Made by a program: the position numbers and the translations under genes. Below, piece by piece: positions 9,801-18,392 of a DNA stretch of 64,000 nucleotides. How positions within the stretch are numbered: position 1 is the stretch's first letter; each line of letters starts with the position of its first letter. The stretch comes from a virus. Location of the stretch: the IMG/VR virus record IMGVR_UViG_3300044911_003339, positions 41,162 to 105,161 of that record; one strand, given 5' to 3'. The notes beneath the pieces were generated by a model. It was not told the origin of the DNA. It searched no databases and saw only the letters and a list, made by a program, of their open reading frames with translations.

Positions 9801-9976
9801 AGAGCCTGCGCGTGCACTCGCTCTCCAAGGCCGGCGACCACGGCGCGTCCGATTCGGCTATGGTCGGGGAGTGGCTCCGGTTCCCGGAGCTTTCGCGACT
9901 TCGCTGGGCGAGCGAAGATCCGCTCGTGCACGCTCCGACGATCGCTCGCGCACGGTTCGATTCCATCATCGGGTGA
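6863..9976 (+). CDS. Multi-domain head-module protein: ADP-ribosyltransferase (Tpt1/KptA-like) domain + sigma70-like domain
   Basis: ART-like LFHST...IKREGLAP...VFLS...MLRV...VPATDI at about 6990-7320. Sigma region 2/3 LIAEYEGLVAKTAKR...ELRQAGVEGLLHAIDSY...FAAHAQQYVR...IAIP...HDPSPEVVA at about 8460-8850. Region 4-like IDLALGLSSGDPLPLDEV at about 9240-9420. Confidence 0.75.
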   Translation: MAILKIADLVKSGGPYIGPKGGVWADPQHTVPWKSDHEDTTSHLFHSTPAYAMSRIKREGLAPRKGAGLFQHGGYDLHSQGKVFLSNNLYAAKQWHSKVEAQLEHHHDNPKHHVAVMLRVKPRETHLDDVGDRDVSGSRFVRDVVPATDIEFFHEGTKRWKPVKDYKHGTHGIPDDHYEAHAPRDEEADAAEKAAAKEARRAKREAEEQATRARLAALQEERAKREAAEAQVHFRDSDEGKAILTRWKGLSPEERQAKAKRILDAPRPFPGAPSMLSLGQRGEVWREALGVDEKGNLVKSRFIIKAGPSGGGWMPIPGGHHGGLRRRHGAGWEYWYPNGAPHFVLREQKHPEEQHGHEQIDPEPSHWALVTPGPGLPPVGWTAGGVNPHDTKTPVKEAGVSGKLYRIKNPHIREGWALLTDVRSGEDHMVQHDRVMPVRWLSPEERALQGSTEPQEPFSTWKPGVGPSKRPSGGGASEGKRMPSFPDSRALPGTETHKLENGAYVWRKVTRYEADEDGTTRKVERLAPGIPDSDKIALIAEYEGLVAKTAKRVRSAFGLSARLSTGPGQRTVDDTLVELRQAGVEGLLHAIDSYRPVGPFAAHAQQYVRDYARLHAAREFAGGIAIPRRHARLLSSYIAARAEAARVSGSHDPSPEVVAEFWKPKKRDLHSGLSPEEGGGTIPLAGYTLKRKTTSTDPETGKKKTTVEGEDVVQQPGRLEWAQQFHAFLVGQGGMADIDEQAALFPGLGVGTGLGADERIAVREAMMRALPPDGTIVTVQAGPQAQFRGETWKAIDLALGLSSGDPLPLDEVVRRVPVEGSRGGEWKRLGSSRARAAIEALIRDGLNTVARHLRGDEDRAASLAQALVTKLVPTEAPKERLPTMRERIRAAMARITPAEVQRWREETRARYPERPDIGRRMSRVTDSEAKRRIVEERIAAAPLTPEMHEAMLRTMTAIRQGVSASGQNVFGVVDPKGSKKSLRVHSLSKAGDHGASDSAMVGEWLRFPELSRLRWASEDPLVHAPTIARARFDSIIG

Positions 9977-9984
9977 GGTTCTCC

Positions 9985-10329
9985 ATGAAGAGGTTCTCCA
10001 TCGACCCCGCCACGCTGCCGACCACATGGCGGGTCGGGCGGCGTGTCGGCAATAGCGGGCTGGAGCACGCCTTCGATCTCCGCCGTCGGGATGACGGCGG
10101 AATCTCCATCTCGAACGTCGAGCACCCGCTCACGGAGACCGAGCGCACCATGCTGCTCTCGCACTTCGGCAAGGCGCGCGTCGTGACGATCGGAGGCGAG
10201 GCCGACAACGGCGCGCTCGTGACGACGATGCAGCGCCACGAGCCGGGGGAGATCGAGAACTTCGTGGAGGCGGTCTACTCGCTGCCCTCACCCTTCATGG
10301 TGATGCCGAACGCTCGGAGGGAGACATGA
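9985..10329 (+). CDS. Hypothetical protein (114 aa)
   Basis: ATG at 9985 after GAGGT, in the frame of track ORF 9337..10329; fills the gap and overlaps the next start (ATGA). Confidence 0.7.
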   Translation: MKRFSIDPATLPTTWRVGRRVGNSGLEHAFDLRRRDDGGISISNVEHPLTETERTMLLSHFGKARVVTIGGEADNGALVTTMQRHEPGEIENFVEAVYSLPSPFMVMPNARRET

Positions 10330-13300
10330 GCCGGTTCGTGATTCCTGCGCTCCGCGCCGCACTGCCGGACGCCCTGGCGAAGTCGTTCCAGCGAGGCCCG
10401 CTCGCGCAGCACAAGTACCTGAAGCGAGAGCCCTACTTCGTCGGGGGCAAGCTGCGCTGGAGGTACTGGTACGCGAGCGACGAGCTTCGCAAGCAGGGCA
10501 TGGTCGAGCACGACCCCGCGGGCGAGCACGAGCACCACCTGCTCGCGAACATCGCGGACATCTACGAGCACTTCAAGTCCGTGATCCGCTCGACTGCTGC
10601 GACCCCGACGACGGCGATCGAGGGAATCTTCCAGGCCGCGGTCGATGACCCGAAGGCGCAGCGCGTGCCACAGGTCGCGATGTCTCCGGCGTTCCAGGCG
10701 CAGCACGTTCAGCCGTTCATCGACGCAGAGGCGAAGGGAGCACCTCCCGAGGCGAGCCCGATCGTGCGCGTGCACGACGCGCTGGAGATGGTGCCCGACT
10801 ACCTCCTGAAGCTCGTGATGGGCGGGACGAAGAACACGAAGCACCCCGGCTACAAGGGGCTCGGCCCGTACCCCGGTCTCTCCGCGCTCGTGATGAATCG
10901 CCAGGAGGACGAGGGAGCGGATTACGCGAACACCGCAGGTTGGGCGCATCCGAAGACGGGCGAGCTTCACCTGCTTGGCGGCGGCTCGGGCAAGCACGGC
11001 AGCGATTCGAGCTACTCCTTCCTCGACGGCGGCGACCCTGCCACGGCTCCCACGCCGACGGACTTCAACGACGCGAAGGTGCATCTCGAAAAGGTCGTCT
11101 GGCACGAGCTTGGGCACCACGTGCACTTCACGCTGGAGACCGAGCAGCCGGACGTGATGGATTCGTGGAGGGACCTCTCGACGGGTCCGGGTCCGAAGCC
11201 GACGGCCTACGCGCACACGGCATGGTGGGAGGACTTCGCAGAATCCTTCTCGGGCTGCTTCGCGCTCCCGAAGGTGATGGCGATGCGCTGCCCCGAGCGA
11301 TACGACTGGATGCGACAGCACGTCCTGAAGTCGCTGCCCGAGAGGTCCGCGCTCCTGAAGATGTCGGACGAGGAACTCGCGTGGTGGAACAAGAAGAAGA
11401 CCACGCCGCCCGGCAAGCTGCTGATGCACCTGAAGTCGAACGCGCCCGCGCGTCGCTTCGGTGCCTACTACAGCGACAAGGACCAGTTCTTCACGGTCGG
11501 CAAGGGAGGGCGCACGGTCTACCTGCGCTTCGGTCCGTCCGAGCCTGATCAGGAGGACGGCTGGACGCAGGTCCCCTCGACCATCGACCCGGAGACCGGG
11601 CTGCCGGTCTACGACGCCGCCTACGGTCCGCGCTTCAAGGTGCAGGGCAACCTGAAGGAGATGTACGACGAGCGCGGGAATCCGCTCGACGACTTCCAGG
11701 CGTTCCTCTACCTCGGACAAGACGACCCCGAGGTGCAGAAGTTCGTCGCCGACACGATGGAGAAGTACGTCGCGACGTTGCCTCCGAACTCGCCGCAGCC
11801 GACGGAGTACGACGCGGTGCAGTGGCTCGCCGCGAAGGGCGGCGACGAGGCGAAGGCTCTGGAGACGCGTCTGCTCTCGTACAAGATGTACACGTCGCTC
11901 GGCTACAAGCGGGAGTCGGAGAAGATTTCCGCGAAGGAAGCCCACACGACGGAGAAGGAGCGCAAGCGAGTCGAGAAGGAGCGCGCGAAGGGCGGCACGG
12001 GCTACCTCGATCGCCACGACTGGGTTCCGGTCGAGATTCCTCGCTCGGAGTTCGTTCAGAAGTCGGGCACCTTCAAGTTCGACAACGTGCGACCCGCGGA
12101 GTACCAGCCGTGGCAGGCCCGCGAGTGGGATCCCGTCACGAAGACCTCGCGTGTGAAGACCGTCTACGACCCTGCGGCCGGCAAGGTGGTGCCCGTGCGC
12201 ACGGCGACGGTCTACGAGCAGGAGAACCCCGACGGCACGACGTTCCGTGTGACGGTCGCGGAGGGCGAGCCCTTCTCGATCGGACAGACCATCCTCGCGC
12301 CGGTCAGCGTGAAGCTGCCCGACGGTCGCATCTCGCAGGACTGGCAGCCCTACAAGCTGTCCGTCGAAGACGGCGAGATGACCGTCACGAACCTCGCGAA
12401 GAAGTTCCGCGTCGATCCTGAGGCGCTCCTTCGTCAGAATCACCGCTACATGCGCGGGCAGATCACGGACCCGATGCTCGCCGCGCTCCTCAACCCGAGC
12501 GGCGAGGTGATTCGCGATCAGTTCGATCTCATGCGCCTCATGAAGCTCGCGGCCGAGCAGCCCACGCCGCCGACCGCGTGGGTCAGCGTCCGGGGCAAGA
12601 CGGGCTCGATCGCTCACTTCAAGGTGAGCTTCGACGGCTCGGGCCCGCCGCGCGTCGAGGGTCGTCAGTGGGCCGCGAAGCTCGGGAAGGACCCGACCGA
12701 ACCCATCCGCCTCGATCAGATTCTCGGGAAGGACGACGAACTCATCGGCGTCGAGACCGTGCGCGAGCGGAAGGCGAAGGAGGTCAAGATCAAGCCGGGC
12801 GGCCTGGTGTGGGTCACCGTCAAGAATCACCTCGGCGACGCGAAGCGCGTGATGGCGCGCTACATCGAGAAGAAGTCGTTCGAGGAGAAGGGCAAGAAGA
12901 AGAACGCCCACGTCGTCCAGGTGCTCCCCGGTCAGGGCACGGGTCTGCCGAAGGACCGCGTGATCGTCACGCGCGTGAACAAGAGCGACGAGAGCCAGAT
13001 CCCCGGCAAGCCGGAGATTCGTCGGCGCTTCGTCGAGCCGATGCAGAAGGACGTGCTGCTCTACGCCGACGAGGTGCGGGTCGGCTCGGGCGACCGAGAC
13101 ACGAGCGGCGTGATCAAGATCCTCCCGCCGAAGAACGGCTCGGTCACGAAGGCGCAACTCGCTGCGATTCCTGGCGTGCGCATCATCGGACTGGAGAAGG
13201 CACGGAACAAGAAGGGCGGAGCAGTCACGGAGGAGCTTCCCGAGGGCGTCGAGCTTGCCATCTCGCCCCGTGACCTCCCGGCCTTCCGGGAGTACCTCGG

Positions 13301-16300
13301 CGGCTTCGTGATGGACGAGCGCGTCTCGTCCATGATGGACGAGCAGGCTGCCATCATCCGAGAGCGCGCGCTCCAGGTGACCGGAGAGGACTGGCCTCCC
13401 GCAGACCAGATCGTCGATGCGGACGGCAACGTGAATCCCAACGGAGTGCTGCGCGGCATGGTGACGGGCGCGATGGGCATGCAGCCCGGCGCGCATCGCA
13501 TCGAGGCGCTTCAGCGCGTCGCGATGAACAACGGTCGCCTCATCGCTGCGCACTTCATGGGCACGGGCAAGACCGCGTTCTCGATCGCAGCCGCGCAGAT
13601 GATGCGGAACCTCGAATCCCGCGAGCAGCCCGGCAAGCCGCACCCGAATCAGGTGAAGAAGAAGGTGCTCGCGCTCGTGCCGCTCAACACCGCGAACAAC
13701 TACGCCGACGAGGTGGAGGTGTTCACCGGAAGGCCCGCAACGATCATCGGCTCGGGCTCGCTCGCGGGCAGCGTGCGGATGTTCCGCATGCCGAAGGACC
13801 AGGGCCAGAAGAAGAACGAGACGCGCGAGGCGTTCATCGCGCGCTCGCTCGCCGCATGGAAGGCGGCGGTCAAGACCGACCCGACGCTGTGGAACCCGTG
13901 GGCAGACGATTCCCAGATGTGCGTCTGCCCCTACGAGTACTTCCGCGACAACGAGGAGTTGATGCGGGCCACGGAGATGTTCGACGGGCTCGTCGTGGAC
14001 GAGGCGCACAACATCGCACGTGAGAACGAACTCTCACGTGCGGTCGAGCGCTGGAATCCGAACATGAACATGTTCCTCATGCTCACCGGCACGCCCGTGA
14101 CGAACACGCTCGACGTGCTCCCGCGTATGGCGAGCCTCGTGAGCGCGGGCAAGGTGAACCTCGGCACGAAGCAGGAGTTCACGGAGCGCTACCTCGTCGG
14201 CTCGGCTGTCGCGAAGGGCGAGGGCGCGAAGAATCCTCCGAAGACGGACCTCAACCCGCAGCGTGCCGGCGAACTGGCGGCGATCATGCGTCCGCTCATG
14301 CACATCGCGACGACGCAGGACGTGAAGGGCAAGACGATGCCCGCGGTGCTGCTCGACGAGAACAAGCCCGCGCACATGATCGGTCAGCAGGCGCGCATGT
14401 ACCGACTCTCGATGGCGAAGTTCACGCCCGAGGAGAAGGCGGCGATCATCGAGAGCGGTGCGGTCGGCACCGACGAGTCGTACGCGCTCGATGACGAGGG
14501 TCGCCGCAAGATCGGTGTCGCTCGCTCGATCGCGAACTGCCTCGCCTACAAGGCACCCGACCAGCGTGAGAATCTCACGTACGAGTCGAAGAGCACCGAG
14601 GAGAAGAAGGGCAAGGTCATCGAGAAGACCGTCACCCGCGTCTTCTCGCTGCCCACGCACGCGATGATGACGACGAAGCGCCCCGAGGGCTGGGGCGGGA
14701 AGTGGCCGACGTTCTCGGAGGTCGAGAAGGGAATCGTCGAGCCGGGCTACTACAACGTGCTCTCGGAGTACTACGAGCGCCTCTTCGGCGTGACGTACGA
14801 CTCCGTGGAGGGCAAGCCCATCGCGAAGGAGATCCTGGACGGCGTGAAGCGCGGCGACTACGTGACGCCGAGCGGCGCGCCGTGGGGTACGGTCGTGAAT
14901 CCCGATTACGGCCCAGAGGGCATGATCTGTCGCGGCACGCTCGACCCGGTGACGGGCAAGATCGAGCCGCTGCGGAAGGAGATCGTCGAGAACGGGCAGA
15001 AGCGCGTCGTCGAGGTCAAGCCGGGCACGCGCTTCATCCGCGATCCGAACTCCAAGGCGGCGGGCCTCTTCTACCACGAGGATGACTGGAACTTCACCGG
15101 CCGCTTCATCGACTCGGGCGAGGGAGGCGGCGGCGAGGGTGGAGGCGAGGACGATCCGTCCGACCCGAAGCCCGCGTCTGCCGGCAAGCAGGCCCCGAAG
15201 GACCCCTCGCTCTCCATCCAGCGTTCGACGAAGCGCCGGAAGGAGCGAGAGATGTTCGACCTCGCGGTCACGGCGGGCAACGCGAAGAGCGACGAACTGG
15301 AGCAGTACATCCACAACGCGCTTCGCGACGACAACCTCGGGCCCGATCAGCAGTTCATCCTCTTCGGGAATCGCATCGGCTCTTCCTTCCGCACGATGGA
15401 GAGCAAGCTCCGCACGATGGGATTCCAGGACGTGAACGAAGCGCTCGGGCACCCCGAGTGGAGCACGGCCGAGGACAAGGCGATGATGCCTCGGAAGTTC
15501 TTCGTGACGTACGCGGGCAAGGGAGCAACGCTCGGCGACCGCGACATCAACTCGGAAATCTTCCGACAGAAGCTCGACCAGTTCGGCCACAAGACCGGGC
15601 AGTCGATGTTCGTCTTCCGCACGCTCAACGGCGGCACGAAGAAGCCACCCAAGGTCGGCGAGATGCGCGAGGGCTGGAGCCGTGGCCAGCGGAAGCGCAT
15701 CGCCGACGCTCTCGCGGAGCCCACGCGCAAGACGGCCGAGGGCAAGCCTGCGGGCCTGGAGGTGCCGATGCGCGTGACGAGCGTCGAGGTCGATGGTCGC
15801 ATCGAGCAGCGGTACCTCTACGAGTCGGACATGAAGCCGAAGGATCGCGCAGAGTTCCTCCGGCTGGAGAAGGAGCGCCGCGGCGCGGACAAGGCGCGCA
15901 AGCAGGCGATCGACGGCGAGATGCGCGCGCTCGCCGACCGCTACTGGAGCGACCGGATTCCTCTGTCCGATCACTACCAGTACGTGCTGAACAACACGCA
16001 GATCATGGTGGCGACCGACGCCGCGAACGTCGGCCTCAACTGGCCTGCTCCCAAGCTCGTCATGTACGACTCGCTCTTCTCGCCGATGGACGAGTGGCAG
16101 CGCATGACGCGTGCGGCCCGCATGCTCGACGCAGCGGTCACCGGACCCGCGAAGAAGTACGTCGAGAAGATCGACGCGAAGCTCTCCGAGATGGAGAAGC
16201 AGACCGGGCTGAAGGAGTACGGACCAGAATCTTCCCTTCAGGCGGTGCAGGACGCGATCGAGTCGCTCCCCGAGGACGAGCGCGCCGAGCTTCTGAACCT

Positions 16301-16961
16301 GGAGGGAGGAGGCCCCGATCAGATCGTCGAGGCCATCTTCAGCCGTCGCGCCATGGACAAGATCGCGAAGCTCCGCCCCGAGGTCGGCGCGCATCTCCGG
16401 CAGGCCGGCGCTGCGCCTGATCCCGATCGCCCCGAGATCCGCATCCGTCCATCGGCCATCCAGGAATCCGACGTGACGAACGAGATCATCCGCAAGCACC
16501 TCACGCCCTTCGAGCAGCGCGTGCTCCGAGGACGCATGTACCTCGTGGACGTGAAGCGGCTCACGACCTCGTGCGACGTGCCCGAGATGAAGTCGATTCG
16601 CATCGAAGACCCGATGACGGGCAAGAAGACCACGGTTCAGGTCCCGACCGGCAAGTGGTCGGTCGAGGCTCCGACGCAGGCCGAGCGAAGCCAACTCACG
16701 CAGGGCCGCATGAAGATGGTGCCCTACGAGAAGGCGATGAAGGCGTTCCAGAACGCGCAGCCGGTGAAGACCGACTACGACTTCCTCGTGACGCCTCGCG
16801 GGAGCGTGCGTAGCTTCTCGATCATGCCTGAGGAGATCGAGCGCGAGAAGGCGAGTCGCGCGAAGCGCGAGGTCGCGAAGCCGAAGCCCACGAAGACGAA
16901 GAAGTCGGAGAGCTACAGCCGATTCTTCATTCCAGCGCGAACCGCGCGCGGGGAGGCGTGA
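10326..16961 (+). CDS. Giant polyvalent protein: zincin metallopeptidase + SNF2/SWI2 (SF2) helicase/ATPase
   Basis: HELGH...TAYA....EDFAESF zincin; AHFMGTGKT Walker A; VVDEAHNI; LTGTP; ATDAANVGLN...QRMTRAAR (motifs V/VI); 2211 aa. Confidence 0.88.
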   Translation: MSRFVIPALRAALPDALAKSFQRGPLAQHKYLKREPYFVGGKLRWRYWYASDELRKQGMVEHDPAGEHEHHLLANIADIYEHFKSVIRSTAATPTTAIEGIFQAAVDDPKAQRVPQVAMSPAFQAQHVQPFIDAEAKGAPPEASPIVRVHDALEMVPDYLLKLVMGGTKNTKHPGYKGLGPYPGLSALVMNRQEDEGADYANTAGWAHPKTGELHLLGGGSGKHGSDSSYSFLDGGDPATAPTPTDFNDAKVHLEKVVWHELGHHVHFTLETEQPDVMDSWRDLSTGPGPKPTAYAHTAWWEDFAESFSGCFALPKVMAMRCPERYDWMRQHVLKSLPERSALLKMSDEELAWWNKKKTTPPGKLLMHLKSNAPARRFGAYYSDKDQFFTVGKGGRTVYLRFGPSEPDQEDGWTQVPSTIDPETGLPVYDAAYGPRFKVQGNLKEMYDERGNPLDDFQAFLYLGQDDPEVQKFVADTMEKYVATLPPNSPQPTEYDAVQWLAAKGGDEAKALETRLLSYKMYTSLGYKRESEKISAKEAHTTEKERKRVEKERAKGGTGYLDRHDWVPVEIPRSEFVQKSGTFKFDNVRPAEYQPWQAREWDPVTKTSRVKTVYDPAAGKVVPVRTATVYEQENPDGTTFRVTVAEGEPFSIGQTILAPVSVKLPDGRISQDWQPYKLSVEDGEMTVTNLAKKFRVDPEALLRQNHRYMRGQITDPMLAALLNPSGEVIRDQFDLMRLMKLAAEQPTPPTAWVSVRGKTGSIAHFKVSFDGSGPPRVEGRQWAAKLGKDPTEPIRLDQILGKDDELIGVETVRERKAKEVKIKPGGLVWVTVKNHLGDAKRVMARYIEKKSFEEKGKKKNAHVVQVLPGQGTGLPKDRVIVTRVNKSDESQIPGKPEIRRRFVEPMQKDVLLYADEVRVGSGDRDTSGVIKILPPKNGSVTKAQLAAIPGVRIIGLEKARNKKGGAVTEELPEGVELAISPRDLPAFREYLGGFVMDERVSSMMDEQAAIIRERALQVTGEDWPPADQIVDADGNVNPNGVLRGMVTGAMGMQPGAHRIEALQRVAMNNGRLIAAHFMGTGKTAFSIAAAQMMRNLESREQPGKPHPNQVKKKVLALVPLNTANNYADEVEVFTGRPATIIGSGSLAGSVRMFRMPKDQGQKKNETREAFIARSLAAWKAAVKTDPTLWNPWADDSQMCVCPYEYFRDNEELMRATEMFDGLVVDEAHNIARENELSRAVERWNPNMNMFLMLTGTPVTNTLDVLPRMASLVSAGKVNLGTKQEFTERYLVGSAVAKGEGAKNPPKTDLNPQRAGELAAIMRPLMHIATTQDVKGKTMPAVLLDENKPAHMIGQQARMYRLSMAKFTPEEKAAIIESGAVGTDESYALDDEGRRKIGVARSIANCLAYKAPDQRENLTYESKSTEEKKGKVIEKTVTRVFSLPTHAMMTTKRPEGWGGKWPTFSEVEKGIVEPGYYNVLSEYYERLFGVTYDSVEGKPIAKEILDGVKRGDYVTPSGAPWGTVVNPDYGPEGMICRGTLDPVTGKIEPLRKEIVENGQKRVVEVKPGTRFIRDPNSKAAGLFYHEDDWNFTGRFIDSGEGGGGEGGGEDDPSDPKPASAGKQAPKDPSLSIQRSTKRRKEREMFDLAVTAGNAKSDELEQYIHNALRDDNLGPDQQFILFGNRIGSSFRTMESKLRTMGFQDVNEALGHPEWSTAEDKAMMPRKFFVTYAGKGATLGDRDINSEIFRQKLDQFGHKTGQSMFVFRTLNGGTKKPPKVGEMREGWSRGQRKRIADALAEPTRKTAEGKPAGLEVPMRVTSVEVDGRIEQRYLYESDMKPKDRAEFLRLEKERRGADKARKQAIDGEMRALADRYWSDRIPLSDHYQYVLNNTQIMVATDAANVGLNWPAPKLVMYDSLFSPMDEWQRMTRAARMLDAAVTGPAKKYVEKIDAKLSEMEKQTGLKEYGPESSLQAVQDAIESLPEDERAELLNLEGGGPDQIVEAIFSRRAMDKIAKLRPEVGAHLRQAGAAPDPDRPEIRIRPSAIQESDVTNEIIRKHLTPFEQRVLRGRMYLVDVKRLTTSCDVPEMKSIRIEDPMTGKKTTVQVPTGKWSVEAPTQAERSQLTQGRMKMVPYEKAMKAFQNAQPVKTDYDFLVTPRGSVRSFSIMPEEIEREKASRAKREVAKPKPTKTKKSESYSRFFIPARTARGEA

Positions 16962-16962
16962 G

Positions 16963-17268
16963 ATGCCGTTGCTCGGGAAGCAGATCGACCCCATCTCGAT
17001 GTTCCAGGGAGGCCCCTTCGGCGGGGCCCCTCAGGGCGCGATCGACCTGGAGGCGTTCGAGAAGATCACCAGCGCGGACCTCGCCTTCAAGCGGCTGAAC
17101 TGGCTCCGCAACTACGACGTGGTGCTGCGCGGCTTTCACGCGCCGTCCGACATGCAGCGCATGTGGCGCGCGGTCTTCCGCTCCTCACTCGCCTACGGCT
17201 CGCCCATCCCAACCGACATGATTCCGTACGCACGCGCGCTCGGCGTCGTGATCCCGTCGAGTTCGTGA
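16963..17268 (+). CDS. Hypothetical protein
   Basis: Tightly packed after the SNF2 gene, RBS GGGAGG, typical codon bias. Confidence 0.65.
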   Translation: MPLLGKQIDPISMFQGGPFGGAPQGAIDLEAFEKITSADLAFKRLNWLRNYDVVLRGFHAPSDMQRMWRAVFRSSLAYGSPIPTDMIPYARALGVVIPSSS

Positions 17269-17495
17269 TGCTGTGTCCTCACTGCGGATCGGCTGTCTTC
17301 AAGTCGAGCGGCGACGCCCGGCTGAAGGCGCGCGTCACGGTGCTCGTGCTCCGCAAGGGCACGGGAGGCGAGGTGCAGGTCGAGACGAACTGCGATTCGT
17401 GCAAGGGAGCAATCCTTCTTCCTCTCGTGCTCGCAGCCGGTCCGTTCGAGATTCGAAAGTCGGACCAGCCGCGACTCGTCGTGAGGCGGACTTGA
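17268..17495 (+). CDS. Small zinc-ribbon protein (75 aa)
   Basis: TGATG stop/start overlap; CPHC...CDSC. Confidence 0.65.
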   Translation: MLCPHCGSAVFKSSGDARLKARVTVLVLRKGTGGEVQVETNCDSCKGAILLPLVLAAGPFEIRKSDQPRLVVRRT

Positions 17496-17555
17496 CGCTG
17501 CTGCCGGATTCGTGACACACCATGGACCGTGGCCTGCTCCCGTGTGGAGCACGAG

Positions 17556-17591
17556 AGGCGACCGAAGGAGAAATCCATCGGTCGCCTTTTT
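17556..17591 (+). terminator. Probable intrinsic terminator between the cargo genes and the protease/scaffold/capsid genes
   Basis: AGGCGACCGA (17556-65) / TCGGTCGCCT (17578-87), a perfect 10-bp stem followed by a T run. Confidence 0.65.
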
Positions 17592-17621
17592 CGTTCTCGG
17601 GTCGCAGATCGCGCGGACGCG

Positions 17622-18377
17622 ATGAAGACCTCTCCCCAGCGCAAGTTCAGCTTCGACTTCGATGTCGAGGTGTTCGAGAAGGCGAGCCCCGAAGGAACGG
17701 AGCGCCGCATCGGCGGAATCGTGTCCACCGATCACCTCGATCGTCAGAGCGAGGTGCTGCTTCAGGAGGGCCTGGACTTCTCGCCCTTCCTGAAGGGCGG
17801 GTGGTTCAACGACAACCACGAGTCCACGACGGACAGCGTGATCGGCTACCCGACGGCGGCCGAGCTTCGTCACCTGCCGGACGGCAGGAAGGGCTGGTAC
17901 GTCGAGGGCTACCTCCTGAAGACCGACCGCGCGAATCGGATCTGGGACCTCGCGACCGAGCTTCAGCGCTCGGGCTCGGGGCGCAAGCTCGGATTCTCGG
18001 TCGAGGGCTCGATCGCCGAGCGCGACCCGGACGACCCGAAGAAGGTCCGCAAGGCCGTCGTGCGCGAGGTCGCGATCACGAAGTGCCCGGTCAACACGAA
18101 CACCGCGCTGCACGTGCTGGCGAAGTCGCTGGCCGTTGGTGCGGGTGGGCCGCCCTCAGGGCCGACGGGTGACGCGAGCGTGCTCGCGCCCGAGGCTCTG
18201 GAGGGCGTGAGTCCCGCGCGCCCGAGTCCGAAGGACCCGAAGAAGCGCCGCAAGGTCAAGCAGCGGATGAACAAGTCCGAGGCTGTGGATTTCTTGCTGT
18301 CGGTTCGGCCTGGGATGTCTCGGGCGCTCGCAGAGCGCGTGGTCGAGTACGCGATTCGGTGGCACCCGGCCGCCTGA
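17622..18377 (+). CDS. Prohead (capsid maturation) protease
   Basis: IGGIVST..LDRQ.E...Q.GLDF..F...GWFN.NH, IGYPT, YVEG.L, LGFSVEG, VAIT..PVN are characteristic of SPO1/Twort-type prohead proteases; start chosen downstream of the terminator. Confidence 0.88.
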   Translation: MKTSPQRKFSFDFDVEVFEKASPEGTERRIGGIVSTDHLDRQSEVLLQEGLDFSPFLKGGWFNDNHESTTDSVIGYPTAAELRHLPDGRKGWYVEGYLLKTDRANRIWDLATELQRSGSGRKLGFSVEGSIAERDPDDPKKVRKAVVREVAITKCPVNTNTALHVLAKSLAVGAGGPPSGPTGDASVLAPEALEGVSPARPSPKDPKKRRKVKQRMNKSEAVDFLLSVRPGMSRALAERVVEYAIRWHPAA

Positions 18378-18392
18378 AGAGGAGAAGAGGAC

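Noticed and set aside
10275-16994. Very long minus-strand ORFs (e.g. 10275..14009, 14034..16994, also 57686..59962) and Arg-rich alternative-frame ORFs such as 384..2789
   Set aside because: Shadow ORFs expected from high GC3 codon bias; they overlap well-supported + strand genes and show no motifs.
17492-17520. Sigma70 promoter starting at TTGACG upstream of the protease
   Set aside because: No credible -10 hexamer at 16-18 bp spacing.
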